A stretch of 64,000 bases of DNA. It comes from Felis catus (Eukaryota). The DNA lies in NCBI RefSeq assembly GCF_018350175.1, contig NC_058368.1:115818001-115882000 (forward strand), in the 5' to 3' direction. A program made the translations under genes and the position numbers. Shown here in pieces: positions 23,127-35,846 of this stretch (positions are counted from its first letter, which is position 1; every line of letters starts with the position of its first letter). Below the pieces are notes generated by a model. It did not search any database, was not told the origin of the DNA, and saw only the letters and a list, made by a program, of their open reading frames with translations.

Positions 23127-24871
23127 TCACACCCTCCGGGGGAGGGGAGCAGCCAGCCTTAACTCTTCCCCTCCCGCGCCCGCCGTCCTCGCCCCCCCCC
23201 CTACCCGTGCAGGCTGCGGGGAGCTGCGGAGGGGGTTGCCGGGGGGCCGGGTCTGAGCCCTGGACCCCCTCCCGGGGCCCACCGAGGGACGCAGGACCGG
23301 TGCCCAAACAGAGCGCTGCAGCTCTCGTCGCTGGAGACGGGGCTCAGCTGGGCTGGGGGCCGAGCCATGATTGGGGAGGGGGGGAGTAGAGATCCCCCAG
23401 CGAGGGCCAGGCTAAGGACAGCATGGGGGTGGGGAGAGAGTGAGAGTAGGGCCCAGGAAGGGACCAAAATGAAGCCCACTGGCCACCCCCAGTGGGGCAG
23501 GACGCGAGCTCTTGATTCTTGCAGTGTTTCTCCACCGCCTTGTGGGCCCCCCAGAGTCTTATAGGCAGTTTGCCTGTGCCTCCTCATCCCTGAAGGTCTG
23601 GCCTCAACCCCATGGGATATCACCATCTGGGGGAATACTTTTTATGCAGCCACTATTTGTGTTTGGCTGTGGGAGTCTGTGGCCCAGGAGCCCCTCCCAG
23701 TCAAGGCAGGCTGCAGCCTGAAGGGAACCTGGGTGCCCCAGGTGGCTTGTAGCCCCTCTCCCACACACACTCTGACAGCCCAGGCTGCCAGCACCAGCTG
23801 GCTCCTCTCTTCAAGACCCGTGGAGGTGAATTGAGACACTGACACCCACCCCCCCCCCCCCTTCCCACAAGCCACTGGGCAAGAGCTGCCAGAAAGGACA
23901 GCGTCCTGGCTCCAGCCTGGGTGTGGTGCTGAAAGGGTTACATAGCAAAGGCTCTCCCTCTTCTGGCTCCCAGAAAGCCTGAGCCTGCGGTTTGCCTGCC
24001 TCTCTCTGCCGGAGGTGTCCCCTTACAGCCATCCCAACTGGAATCCGAGTCAAAGATCATCTTAGCCAGTCCTCTGCCTCCTCAGGACAGGGTCCCAAGG
24101 CTTCTCTGGAGTGTCCTCCTTAGATGAGCCTGGAGCAAGCTAGGTCTCTGGGTCAAGGCCAGGGACTCTGGGGCTCCAGGGCTGCCTGAGGGCCTGGCCA
24201 GACTTTGAGGCCAAACTGAGGGTGAGCAAGTGGACACAGAAAGAGAGAAGATGGAGGCAGTGCCCATGCAGAGGGCTGATCTCCGGTGCTCTTGGGGCCT
24301 CCGGCCTGTCCCACAGGGGCCAGGTTTGGAGAGACCAAGTGTAAGAGCTATCAGCCCTCTCATATCCCACGGTGAGCACTCACCTTTATTCATGTAGCAT
24401 GGCTCCCTGTGAGGTGGGCAGTGAGGGATCCTGGGCAGAGCCCAAGCCCACGCCCAAGCCCGGGTCTCACTCCTGCTCCAACCCCTTGCTTATTCAGCTT
24501 CCTAAATAGCACTCTTATCTGCCTTTCCCCAGCCAACCACCGCTGCCTCAGTTCACTCCCTCCTCCCGTCCTACACACTCTGATCTCCTTGCTTGAAGTC
24601 TTGCCCTCTCAGTTCTGACCTCCTCAAGGCCATCAGACAGAACTTTCTAAAACACAAGCCAGATCACTTCACTATTACCTGCAGGTTCAACCTAAGCTCC
24701 TCCTTGGTATTCGGAGCCAATTCCATTGGGCCTTAGCTTACAGCCTTCTAGCCCCTAATCGTGCGCCTCAGCCACGTTTACCTACAAGCCACATACACTT
24801 TATCTTTGCACATACCAATGTCTCTGCCCAGAATGGCCTTCCCCCCCTTCTTGGCCTGGCCAACCTCTCTG

Positions 24872-25290
24872 TTCATTCATTTAGCAAATCTGTAGCAAGG
24901 CTCACTGGGTTTTAGGCACAGTGCTACATGCTGGGGGTTGGGGGTGAGGAAGACAGACACGGGTCTACTTATGTGCAGGTTACAGTCTTGGTGGGGACAG
25001 ACACAGCTAATTACACAAATAGTAAATTGATTAAACTTTGTGTGAAAGATGAAGGGGACATATTCATTCAACAAACATTTCTGTATCTTGATATCCAGGT
25101 CCATAGAGGAAACAGTGTAGAGAGGGAAGGCTTTCCTTAAGAAGCATTTAAATTGGACATCGAAGAATGACTAGGAGTTGGCTGGACTAAGGGGAGGAGC
25201 ATTCCTGGCAGAAGCAACAATATATCTAAGGCTGTGGGGCAGGAGGAAGCTTTCTTGCCTTTGCAAAACAAAAGGATGGTCAGTATGCTG
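24872..25290 (-). mobile_element. L2 fragment
   Basis: ttcattcatttagcaaat tail and gagcattcctggcagaagcaacaatatatctaaggc segment. Confidence 0.7.
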
Positions 25291-25294
25291 AGGG

Positions 25295-25436
25295 GTGTGT
25301 GTGTGTGTCTGTGTATGACTACTGTGTACGGGTATGTGTCTATGTGTATAGGGTGTGTGTGGTATATGTATGAGTGTGTGTGTATGTGTGTCTGCATTTA
25401 AGGTACATGTGTATGAACATGGGGTGTGTGTGTGGG
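25295..25436. repeat. Degenerate (TG)n tract
   Basis: Imperfect TG/TA dinucleotide array. Confidence 0.8.
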
Positions 25437-26034
25437 TACACAGGGAGCTGAAGGAAACTGGAGAGGGGTCAAGGAGTGGTCAGACCAAGCAGGACATTGT
25501 AGGCTCAGAAAAAAACCCCTGAGCATACAATGGGCTTTATCCTAGAAGCAGTGGTCTGCTATCATAAGCCTTCAAGCAAGGTGGGAGAGGTCACTGATTA
25601 GATCCTCCGCTTCTTTAGTAATTTTCGTCTATCTTTATAAGAACACATCACTTTGTGTTGTTTTGAATTTCTACCTCTATCTCTCTCACTAGAATCAGGC
25701 CTCTTTAGGGCTGGGACCCCAGCACCTGGCACGTGGTAAGTGGTCAGTACCTCCCTATAGGACAGATGAGTGACCCCTCCTGCTAGCGAAGCATGGCCAA
25801 GGGCAGCAACAAGACAAAATAGCCCCAAGCGGAAGCCTGCAGGCCAACTGAAGATAACTTCTTTGGGGTAGAGCTCTCCTGGCAGTCTAAGACACATCAT
25901 GGCTTTGCATCAATGCATCAGAGTCAGAAAAGCCATGACAATTCGAAGGGGGCACTCTCCATCAGCTGGGGAATCCAGAAGCAGTGTTGAGAGGGGTGGG
26001 GCTTGAGGAAAGTCTTCAAGGATAGGGAGGATTT

Positions 26035-26169
26035 ATTTTTTCTTTTTAAGTAGGCTTCATGCCCAGCGCAGAGCCCAATGTGGCCCTTGAACCCATGACC
26101 CTGAGGGCAGGAGACCTGAACTGAGATCAAGAGTCAGATGCTCAACCAACTGAGCCACCCAGGCTCCCT
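26035..26169 (-). mobile_element. Short CAN-SINE
   Basis: TSD aaggat(a/g)gggaggattt at 26018-26034 and 26171-26187. Confidence 0.88.
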
Positions 26170-26819
26170 GAAGGATGGGGAGGATTTTGATGGGAGCAGG
26201 CGAAGACTTAGCAGGTGCATTTCCTGGGAGCTTGCTCAGGAGATGATGTGCAGGGCAGGCTTCTGTTAGGCGACTACAGGAGCTACACATAATTAATATA
26301 GCAAATACTTTCTGGATGCTTAGTGCATGCCAGAGCTCAGAGTACCTAGCACACTATATATGTTATCTCTTGTAATCCCCACAACACTCCTGTGAGGTAG
26401 TTTTAGTCATTCTCCCAGTTTTACCGAAGAAGAAACAAAGACTAGGGATGATGTGACTGGGAAGTGGCAACAGAGGACTCACACCAGAGCTACCTCACTA
26501 GGGCCCATGCTCTTCATCGTTACGCTGTACTGCTTGTGTGTAGGCTGGGGAAATGCGTTGCCTGCCAGGTTGATGCTTTTGGACTATTAGGAAATAATGG
26601 GAATTCACTGATGAGTTTTTGAGGGAGTGACGTGGACATTGGAAAAATTAATCTGACGGGAGCATGCAAGATAGATGGAAAGGGGAAGAGAGTGGAGGTA
26701 AGGGAACTGGCTAAGCAGCCCAACCATTAAATATTTCTGTAGGGCCCTGTATGTGCCTGGCCCTGAGCATGATGGGTAAGGAAGGCCTGAACTGGGGGTA
26801 AGGGAGCAAAAACAGTAGT

Positions 26820-27000
26820 AATAAGAGCAGCTAACATAATATCCTTAATATGCACTTCTTCACAACAGCACTATGATGTAAGTCTATTATTATCCCCATT
26901 TTGCAGGTGAGGAAACTGAGGCACAGAGAGTCAAAGTTATTTTTATTTGTCCCAGTCGAGCAACGAGTAAGTGGCAGAGCAGAATTAGGAGCCTATGCAT
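26820..27000 (-). mobile_element. MIR
   Basis: tattattatccccattttgcaggtgaggaaactgaggcacagagag core. Confidence 0.82.
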
Positions 27001-30000
27001 TTGGGTACCCACAGCCCATTCCCCTAAGCCCAAGTCACGGTGTTGCTCAAGAAGATGTGGAAAAGGGAGAAAGAGGAGAGAAAGGGCCTCTTCCTCAGGA
27101 CCTGCACAGTTCCATAGCCCTGTGATTGAGGCTCAGCGCCAAGGTCACCGGCAAGTGGAGAGAGCAACATGGCACCGTGAGGCATGCCAGCCAGCCTCTG
27201 CAGAAGAGCAGTTTGGGGAAGGACAGCAGGCACTTGGAGCCTCCCCAGCCGGGACCAGGGCTCCTATGAGGAGCCTGAAAATGACCCTGGGAGAACCCTT
27301 CTTCTTACCACGGGTTGTGTAATGCTCTGTACAACCTCCTGTGGGAGCCAGTGGAACCCTGGACGGGCCTAGAGAGCACATCCCCCAGAGAAGAAGCCTC
27401 TCCTCGAGCCTGGTTTCACAAAGAGACGCTAATAGTAACATAACAAGTTAATTCAATTCCTTTAAGGAGCAAAAACATAATGTTAACTGGCTTACAAACT
27501 TCTTTTTTTCCTTTCTAACATTTTCCCCTCCACTTTGAGGCTGTGCCATGGGCAAACTTTGAAGTTTAGGAAAGTTTAGACTTGTTTGAGTCATGTGCAA
27601 AAATGCCTTTGAGTGAAAAGACGAAAAAAAAAAAAAAAAACCCACACTACCCCTCCCCCCACCTGAGACTTGGGGGCTCCGAGAAGATTACCTATAAAGT
27701 TTTCCTGAAAAGGGGTCTTGGGACCAAGCTGGGGTTTGCCCCCTCCCTTTGGACTCATTGCTCAGTGGGAATCCTCTAGATGCATGTCAGTGACTTCAGA
27801 CTGGGGAGAGCCTGAAGTAGTCCTTTAAAGGTCACCTCCTGCCCCAGGATAAGTCCCCTCTGAGCCATCCCAGAGCCACATTCTGTTTGCCTGGGGGTTA
27901 AAAGCCCTTGAAGATGAGGCTACCCTCACTCTCGGCCACCCCACCTCAGTGCCTCCAAGTCACGAGCCTCCTTCCCCTCCCTCCCTCCCCACACAGAGAG
28001 GCTGCCAGAGGAGGAAACAGATCAATATGCCACTCCCTGCAGGACCAGAGAAATCTCCACTCCCTGGGGGATTATGCAAGGCCTGGGAAGCCCATTACCA
28101 CCACTGACTCTAGGATGCAGCAGGATCCTGGCTGGAGCCCTGGCATGCCCAAGGGAGCAAGTGAGGGCCAGTCTCAGCTCACCAGGCCCAGAGAGCACAG
28201 AAGCTGAACCCTGGCCATCACTCCTGCATCTCCGTGGCTTCGGCAATCCACAATGGATTTCTTCTCTCTCACACAAGTTCACTCATGCTTCTGCCTCCTT
28301 CACAGCCTTTTTGGGCAGCCAAAAAGAAGGGGGCCGCATGGTCTGGACCAGAAAGGCTGGGTTAGATGCAAGGACATCTGGGCTTGGGCCCAGTTTTGTC
28401 CTTGAAATTAGATTAATCTGAACAGATCACTTTCTACACCAGAGACTCAGGCTACAAAATGAGAAGTGCCCCTAGATCCCTCTGTCTACCAGCCCAGGAA
28501 GGCTGCAAGAATCTAGGTGATTGAAGGAGTAAGGGGCTCGAGATCACTGGAGAAGAGCCCTTGATTGCTGGGTGTGGATGCCTCTGGAGCCAGAACACAG
28601 ACCCATATTATCCAGGGTAATTCTGGATAATTCTCTCAGAATTGTGCCTAACTGCTCAGCACGTATACTTACACTCACACCTTGGTGTGTAAACTTCACT
28701 GAGCCCTGGTCTACCAGAGAGATTGAAATCAGTCACCCCGCCCAGGGTCCAAACCAGTCCCCCCTAGACTGTGATATTTTGAACAAGACTTGATTTCTCT
28801 TTAAAAAAGAAAGTAAAAGAAAAGGGCCCACAGGCTTTTCCAATAGGGATTTCACTAAGTGGCTAAGGAAGTCATTTCTGATCTTCCAGAAATGCTAAGG
28901 CCTGGCCTTCGGGAGCTCCCTAGGCTCAGAGGCCATGCCAACAGTGCTAAGGTGGTGAGCCACACCTTCCTGCCATGACCTTTTGACCTCATCTCCTTTC
29001 CTTTTGCTCCCAGGGGACATAGGTCATCTGGTCCAGAGCCTGGGCTGGGCCCAGGCCGCGGGGGGCTGCCATGGGTGGGCACTTCTGTCTTCATTTCCAC
29101 CATTTAGGAGGCTCCTCGTACTTCAGCCCACCCAACCCCAAACCCAGAAGGGAATTCAAGCTCCCCGCTCGAGAGTTTGGTCTCTCTCCTTCATTTTGGA
29201 CCCTCTTAGGTGAAAGAAGGACGTGGAAGGGAAGAGGCTAGCCCATCCCCGAATGAGTGCTGGGAGGGACCAGGAAAGAGAAGAAAGCATTGGCCAGAGA
29301 GAGGGTGGGGAGCCTCTTCTGGCTCCAGGGGCCGGGAGAAGAAAGCCCAGGCAGCAATGGGAGAGCAAAGGAGGGGAGAGGTGAGGCGACAGGCAGGCCT
29401 GGGCAGGGCTGGAAGCACATGGGGAGAGGAAGTGAGAAAGTAGAGCAGCCCAGGGATGAGGGAGGGGCAGGAGGTGGGAGTGCGATTGATGGAGAAGACA
29501 AAGGAAGGAAGCGGAACAGAGCAGAGGCAGAGGGAGGCGGGCCCGCCACTACTTCCAGTGTCCCCAAGGACCTGCTGGAGTCTCTTGGGCAAGTCTCTTT
29601 CCCTCTCTGGCCTGTCTCTTCATCTGGAAAACGTGAGGTTGGGGTAGATGATCTCAAGAGGTACCCCATCTGAGGTACCTGAGGGTGCCAAGCTTGCCAG
29701 AAAAGAGGGGAGATGGCTGGGAGTAGGAGAGGGAGTGGTCCCCAGTCCCACAGATGGAGAAAAGAGATTCCTGGTTCATAGGCCCTTTTCCCAGCTCCAT
29801 GCTTTCCCTCAGCCCCTTCCTGACCCTTGGCCTGGCAGAAGCCCTGGGTTGTCTGTGAGTCCCTCTTTTAGGCTGCAGGGAGGCACGGGGCTGGTGGAAA
29901 GCTGGGGGTCCAGTATTAGGCCCCGCTGCAGGTGAGTAAGCCATCCTGGGTTCCCGCTGCCAGACTCTTCCAGGATATGGCCTTGGGATAAACTGCCCCA

Positions 30001-30866
30001 TCTGCACTGAAACACCTGGGAGATCCCAGCACTCCATCTTACGTGACCTGGAGCCACATTCTCCCTGGGGTGAGAGGTGGGAGCGTGTGTAACTTTCCCA
30101 GGGTCGGGGGTGATTCAGTGCTCCTGCCTGCCTCCCTCTTCAAGTTAACTGCGTAATTACACAGCAATAATAATAACTGGCACTTACACACCAAGTCCTA
30201 AGTACATAATTTATTTATGTAACGACATAATGACTGTTTGCTGGCCTGGGGGCTGTGGGGACCATGTGCAAAGGCTTAGCTGCCATCTGTACCACCCGGG
30301 GGACACTGACTACGTGGATCAGCAACCCATGGGAGCCACGTTTCCTAGAAGCAGTCGTCATCCAGCCTGAGGGTCCTGTCCTAGTGCAGCAGGGGTGAAG
30401 AAGGGCCAGCTCTCTTACGTGGAGTTTGCTTACATCACTCTATCCACTCTAGGGGGTGAGGTTAGCAGTGCCAATGCCCACTCCCATCCCCTTGAGGACT
30501 GAGGGGGATCCTCCAGAAGGTTACACAGTCCCTTTCTGGGCAGAGGGAGAAAATTCATGCCAGGCTGGCAAATTTGGAGAGACTCCGGGTCACCGCCCAG
30601 GGAAACAAGAGGCCTTGCCCAATATAGGCATTTATGAGCCTGGAGGCAAAAAATTCTCTTCTCTCAGCCCTGCCCAGCCTAGCCCTACCCAGCTCAGCCC
30701 TGCCATCCTTGGCTTGGCTGGTCCTGGGACCACAGCCCAGCTTCCCTGGCCTGGCCTGGCCTGGATACTGGTTCCCATGTAGACCTTTTGGGAACTCCCA
30801 ATGGACAACTTCACAGATGCTAACTTCCTAGTGGCTATAGCTGGTCTCAAGGAACCTGAAGACCCA

Positions 30867-31074
30867 GGGTGCCTAGATGGCTCAGTCGGTTAAGCGTCCA
30901 ACTTCGGCTCAGGTCATGATCTTGCAGTGTGTGGGTTCAGGCCCGTGTCTGGGCTCTGTGCTGGCACTCTGTAGCCTGCTTGGGATTCTCTCTCTTTCTC
31001 CCTCTCTCTGCCCCTGCCCTGCTCACACTGTCTCTCAAAAAAAAAAAAAAACAAAAACAAAAACAAAAAAACAA
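30867..31074 (+). mobile_element. CAN-SINE
   Basis: TSD aacct(g/c)aagaccca at 30853-30866 and 31075-31088; A/CAAAAA tail. Confidence 0.92.
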
Positions 31075-34000
31075 AACCTCAAGACCCAACTCTGGTCCTG
31101 TCCTCTTTATTCTTACTACCAGCAAATCAGCCCTCTACTTTTGCTTGGAGCCCCTGTTCACAGCTCATGAACGTTCCAGCACTACTAACCACAAAGCAAG
31201 AACCACTAGGACATCTAGGCTGTTGGCTGTTGGAGCAATCTGGAGCTGTGAATACCATAATTCATCCAGGAGCAGGACCTACCAATTTCAAGTGGATATG
31301 ATATCGAGATAGGGCCAGAAAGCCTGAGTTCTCTTTCCAGCTCAGCCAGATTTTGCTGGTGGTTCCTGGGAAGTAATATTCTCCCTTCAGCCTCAGTGTC
31401 GCTTACCTGTGGACCAAGGGAAAGTGAAATACTCTCCAAGCGCTGTTCTAGCAATAAACCTTCAAAGAAGAGCTCTGAATCTCCAAATCTGTTCCCAACC
31501 CTGGGAACCTCGTCCCTTGCTGCGGGCTGCTGCCCTCGTAGCTGGCCCTCTAGTAGCCTCCCTCCTACTTTGGAAGGTCAACCACTGTTTTCCAGAAACC
31601 TCTATCTTCTAAGCCCAGCTGAGGATGCATGTGGGTATGCCCATGGGAATCAGCATGCACATACATGGCCTCAGGGGCTCTCAGCACTGCACTTGGCCAT
31701 TGGCCATTGCAGAATCCCTGCAGATTTCTTAGGGCTGCATGCTACAGCATCAAATCGCTGCTGCTGCTGCTGTTGATGATGATGAGGAGGAGGAGGAGAA
31801 GAATGGCAGGGGTGGTGACTTTGATGGCTCCTTAGACCCATACTCACCCCTCAATCTGCTTCCTACACTCTGCCCCAGTCACACCAGCCTTCTGGTAATT
31901 CCGACTCCCTCTCCCAGCCACTCCAGAGCAGTGGGTTCTGGAAACTGTGGTCAGTGAAGTGTCTCCCACAAGCCTTTGCCTAATTATGCACATTGTTCTG
32001 GGGTTCTGACTGATGTCCAGCCAAGTGCTTCCTTTATGTGATTTCATACATAAGCTTCCCCTTAAATCACTGGGCATCTCCAACACCACCGGCCTACCCC
32101 CTAGCTTCTGGGGCTCAGCTAGCAGCCACTGGCTTCAACAGCTCAGCTGCCTGTGGGGAGCCCCAGCCAAGCCTTCTTGCCCTCACCTCTGCCTTGCCTT
32201 TGCTCCTTGGGGGTCAGGCATTGCTCGCTCAGCACCTGCTATGTGATGGGCACAGTGCTGGGCACTGCAGGGTACGAAGGCCCTGTCTTCAGGAGCTCAC
32301 GATCTAGAGGGAAGACAACACACTCAAAGATGGACAAAAATCACAGCCTATGAGAGCAAAATTTATGGACAATTTCCTGCAAAAGGATGAGACCAAGTAT
32401 CCTGGAATTTCCTGGGGAGAGAGAGCTAAGTGTGACCTGGGGTGGTCAGTGAAGGTGGGATTCCTATAAAAAGGGGAAGATACCATTTAGCAGAAAGCGC
32501 AGGAGGTGGGATGTGAGCTGGGGGTGAGAAGAGGGAGGCCAGAGGGAGGTACACTGACTTATCAGGGAAACTGGTGCCTCAAACGCCCACCTGTGCCCTT
32601 GGGCCATTTCCCTGTCCCTCATGTCTCAGGACCAGGGAGCCCCCACATTTGGAGTAGCCTTAAGGCCACCCCAGGCACAGAACTCAGCATCCCTTAGGGC
32701 TCCCTTTCTCTCGCTGCGTGCTGGGGTTCCACAAAGAAGAGTGACACCCGCTCCCTAATCTGTACACACACAGACACACGCTAAAGACAGTAGCTTCAGG
32801 AGCTCCTCTGCCAAATCTCCTAGGATCGTCCCCCTCCATCTCCCCTCCCCCTCTCCTCCCTCACCATCTCATTCACTCAAATCGGTGTACACCTCACCCC
32901 CCTTTTAAATCCCTCCCATCCATTACATAACTCTGTTTGGGCTTATTTTTGCCCAGAGGTATGAGCTGCATTTCTGCATATTTAAGCTGTCCTTGATTCA
33001 TTCCTGCCCGTTTCTTAGTTCTGTTTGCCCAGGTGCCCGCCCGCCCCACCCACAGGCTCTGAGGCCCCGGGAACATGCCCACGTTAGGCTCAGCTTGCCT
33101 CACAGCTAGTGGCTGTTCCACTCCAGGTCCAAAGGAGTGGACACAGAGCCACGCCGGGGCCCCACTAGTTGGGTCCTAGGCCGTGGTAGTCCCTGGGGCT
33201 GGCCATACTGCAGTCACAAAAATGCTGGTACCTGCCATTGCTCTCCTTTCTTCCCTCCCAGTGAGCCTTGGCCCTTGTATCTCCTGGTCCTCTCTACCCC
33301 CATGCTTGCACCCTGGCTGTAGTTCAAGGGGGGAAGGGGCAGTGGGAGAAAAGACAATGCTAATTAACGGCTTATTTCCTATGAGCTTCTTACAAATAGA
33401 ACGGCTTAATGTCATTACTGAAATGGTTGCAAGGGGGCTCTTGTTGCACTATAAAATAATTAGCTGACAATCATTATTTTATTTTTAAGAGCTCATTACC
33501 AAATAGGCTGTAATTCACACTCTAGCCTTCCCTCCTGCTGTGGAGACAGGGTGATTTGGTGGACAACGGTGTGGGGAGACTTTGTGCTCAGGGTCACCAG
33601 TTGAAATGGGGATTGTGCTTAGCTGTTTCCAGCTACTGTAAGGAGCTGGCGCCTGCTGAGCCACGAAGGCTTGACAGGCTTGAATGGTGGCCAGGGCCTC
33701 CCAGGTCCTGTCCACATTACAGTGGTGTCTGAGGCAGGCCCCTGATCTCTGGGGCCCCAGAGAGGACACTGAACTCCTCGGGAGACCCTGCCACTCAAAT
33801 TTTGCTCCTGGCATGCCAGTGCTACCCCTCCATGCCCTCACCCTCTGCTCTGTATACCCCGCTCAAGAGCTTCCCGTTGGGTACTGTGCTCCTGCCACGT
33901 GGCCGGCTGGCTGCCTGATCCACATGTGCTCTCTTGTAACAACTCCGAGTATTGTTATCCGATTTACAAGCAGAATTACATAGAAAGGCCGTGTGTGGTA

Positions 34001-34399
34001 AATTCCAGACGATCATCTAGCCACAGTGAAAGGATCATGGTAACCTCTGTTTTGCAAAAGATGAGAATGGGGCACAGGAGATGCTTTCCTGGAATATGGC
34101 ACAGCCTGGGCAGAGGCACAGGAGTGGGAGCCCACAAAGTGGGTTCACAGAATGATGAACATTCCAGGCTGACTGACATAAAAGACTCATGCAGGGAGTC
34201 ACGGTTGATAAGCCTGGGGAGAGAGGATGGGGACCAGATGGCTCGGAGCTCCGAGAGCTCATGCCAAGAACATGAGAGGACATAGAAGGTTTTTAGGCAA
34301 GGAGGTGACCCAACTGAAGTTCTCTTCTCCGAGACCCATCTGGCAGCAATGTGCAGGGCAGAATGGAGCAGGATGAGTCTGGAGGCATCAAGAATGATC

Positions 34400-34575
34400 A
34401 GTGCAACATTTTTCACGATGGTAGCCACCTTTAAGACTACGCTGGGGTGCTTGCTGCAGATGCGGAACGATGATCCCATACAATACATTCTGAATCACAG
34501 TCTCTCGAGTGGGGCTAGAGTTGGTATTTGTAACTATTTTGATGCGGATGGTATGTGAAACACACTTGGAGAAAA
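34400..34575. mobile_element. MER5-like DNA transposon remnant
   Basis: gggtgcttgctgcagatgcgga...ttctgaatcacagtctctcgagtggggctag...tatttgtaac pattern. Confidence 0.55.
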
Positions 34576-34664
34576 CTGGCCCTAGATAATCCAGTCCCCA
34601 CTGCTCAGCTTGGCATTGGAAGCTTTCTGTAACCTGTCCCCACCAATTTTTTCTCCTCACAACT

Positions 34665-35500
34665 GTATTTTTAAAGTTAATTGAGATATAATGCACATGC
34701 CATACAAGTGAACCACTTAAAGTGTACAATTCACTGTCCCTGGTATATTTAGAGAGTCGTGCAACCATCACTACATTCAATTTAAGTCCTTTTCATCTCT
34801 CCCCAAAAGAAACTCTGTATTCTTTAGTACCCCTCTTCCCTTATTATGTATAGCCCAATGCAACCATAGATCAACTTTCTGTCTGTATAGATTTGCCTCT
34901 TCTGGACATTTCATATAAATGCAATCACATAGCATGCCCTCTTTTGTGCCCGGCTCTCTTCACGTAGCCTACTGTTTCCAAGGTACATCTATGCTATAGC
35001 TTGTATCAGTACTTCATTCGTTTTTATGGCCAAATAATATTCCATTGTATGGACGTACCATGTCTTTTTTTTTTTTTTTTTAGTTGCTTGTGCTTTGGGC
35101 ATCACATCTTAGAAACCATTACCTGGGGTGCCTGGGTGGCTCTGTTGGTTAAGTGTCTGACTCTTGGATTCGATTCAGGTCATGACCTCACAGTTCGTGA
35201 ATTCGAGCCCCATATAGGGCTCTGCACTGACACCTGTGGAGCCTGCATGAGACTGTCTCCCTCTCTTTCTGCCCTTCCCCTGTTGTGTCTCTTTCTCTCT
35301 CTAAAATAAATAAACATTAAAAAAAAAAACCACATTACCTAATCTGAGGAAGGTCACGAAGATTTATGCCTATTTATGTTTTCTAAGAGTCTTGTATTTT
35401 TAGCTTTTACAATTTTATCTTTGATCCATGTTGAGTTTTGTATATAGTGTGATGTATTCTTTTGCATGCAGATATCCCATTGTCCTAGCACCACTGTTAA
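34665..35500 (-). mobile_element. Old L1 3' end, interrupted by a CAN-SINE at 35125-35328
   Basis: ttaattgagatataat...ttaaagtgtacaattc...gtgcaaccatcactac L1M 3'UTR signature. Confidence 0.85.
35125..35328 (+). mobile_element. CAN-SINE
   Basis: Head ggggtgcctgggtggctc; approximate TSD aaacca(ca)ttacct. Confidence 0.9.
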
Positions 35501-35632
35501 AGATACTACAAGTGCATCAGTTCCTCTCAGCGATTCTCACATGGACTGCAGTCCGAGAACAAATGCATTAGAGGATACAGAACCAGGCTAAGCAGTGTGT
35601 GAACGGGCTTAAAGTAGTGTTCTTATCATGAA

Positions 35633-35846
35633 GTGGCACCTGGGTGGCTCAGTTAGTTAAGTGTCCGACATCGGCTCGGAGCATGATCTCGTGGTTCACT
35701 AGTTCAAGCCCTGCATCAGGCTCTGTGCTGACAGCTCAGAGCCTGGAGCCTGTTTTGGATTCTGTGTCTCCCTCTCTCTCTGACCTTCCCCTGCTCATTC
35801 CCCCTCTCTCTCTCAAAAATAAAACATTAAAAAAAAAATTAAAAAA
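35633..35846 (+). mobile_element. CAN-SINE
   Basis: Full body with agagcctggagcctg and A tail. Confidence 0.9.

Larger units (their letters stand above)
22450..23370 (-). promoter_or_regulatory. CpG island / internal promoter of NRG2
   Basis: Sharp local rise in GC and CpG density against a CpG-depleted background; repeat-free; surrounds the alternative first exon. Boundaries estimated by eye. Confidence 0.88.

Noticed and set aside
22204..23389. Several 150-190 aa overlapping ORFs
   Set aside because: Expected stop-codon depletion in a CpG island; low-complexity R/P/A/G content.
23896..23933. Possible REST/RE1 site (ggacagcg and gtggtgctgaa half-sites)
   Set aside because: Half-sites are in non-canonical orientation and spacing.
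29929..29937. Perfect plus-strand donor CAG|GTGAGT suggesting an antisense exon
   Set aside because: A single 9-mer with no supporting promoter, acceptor or ORF is weak evidence.
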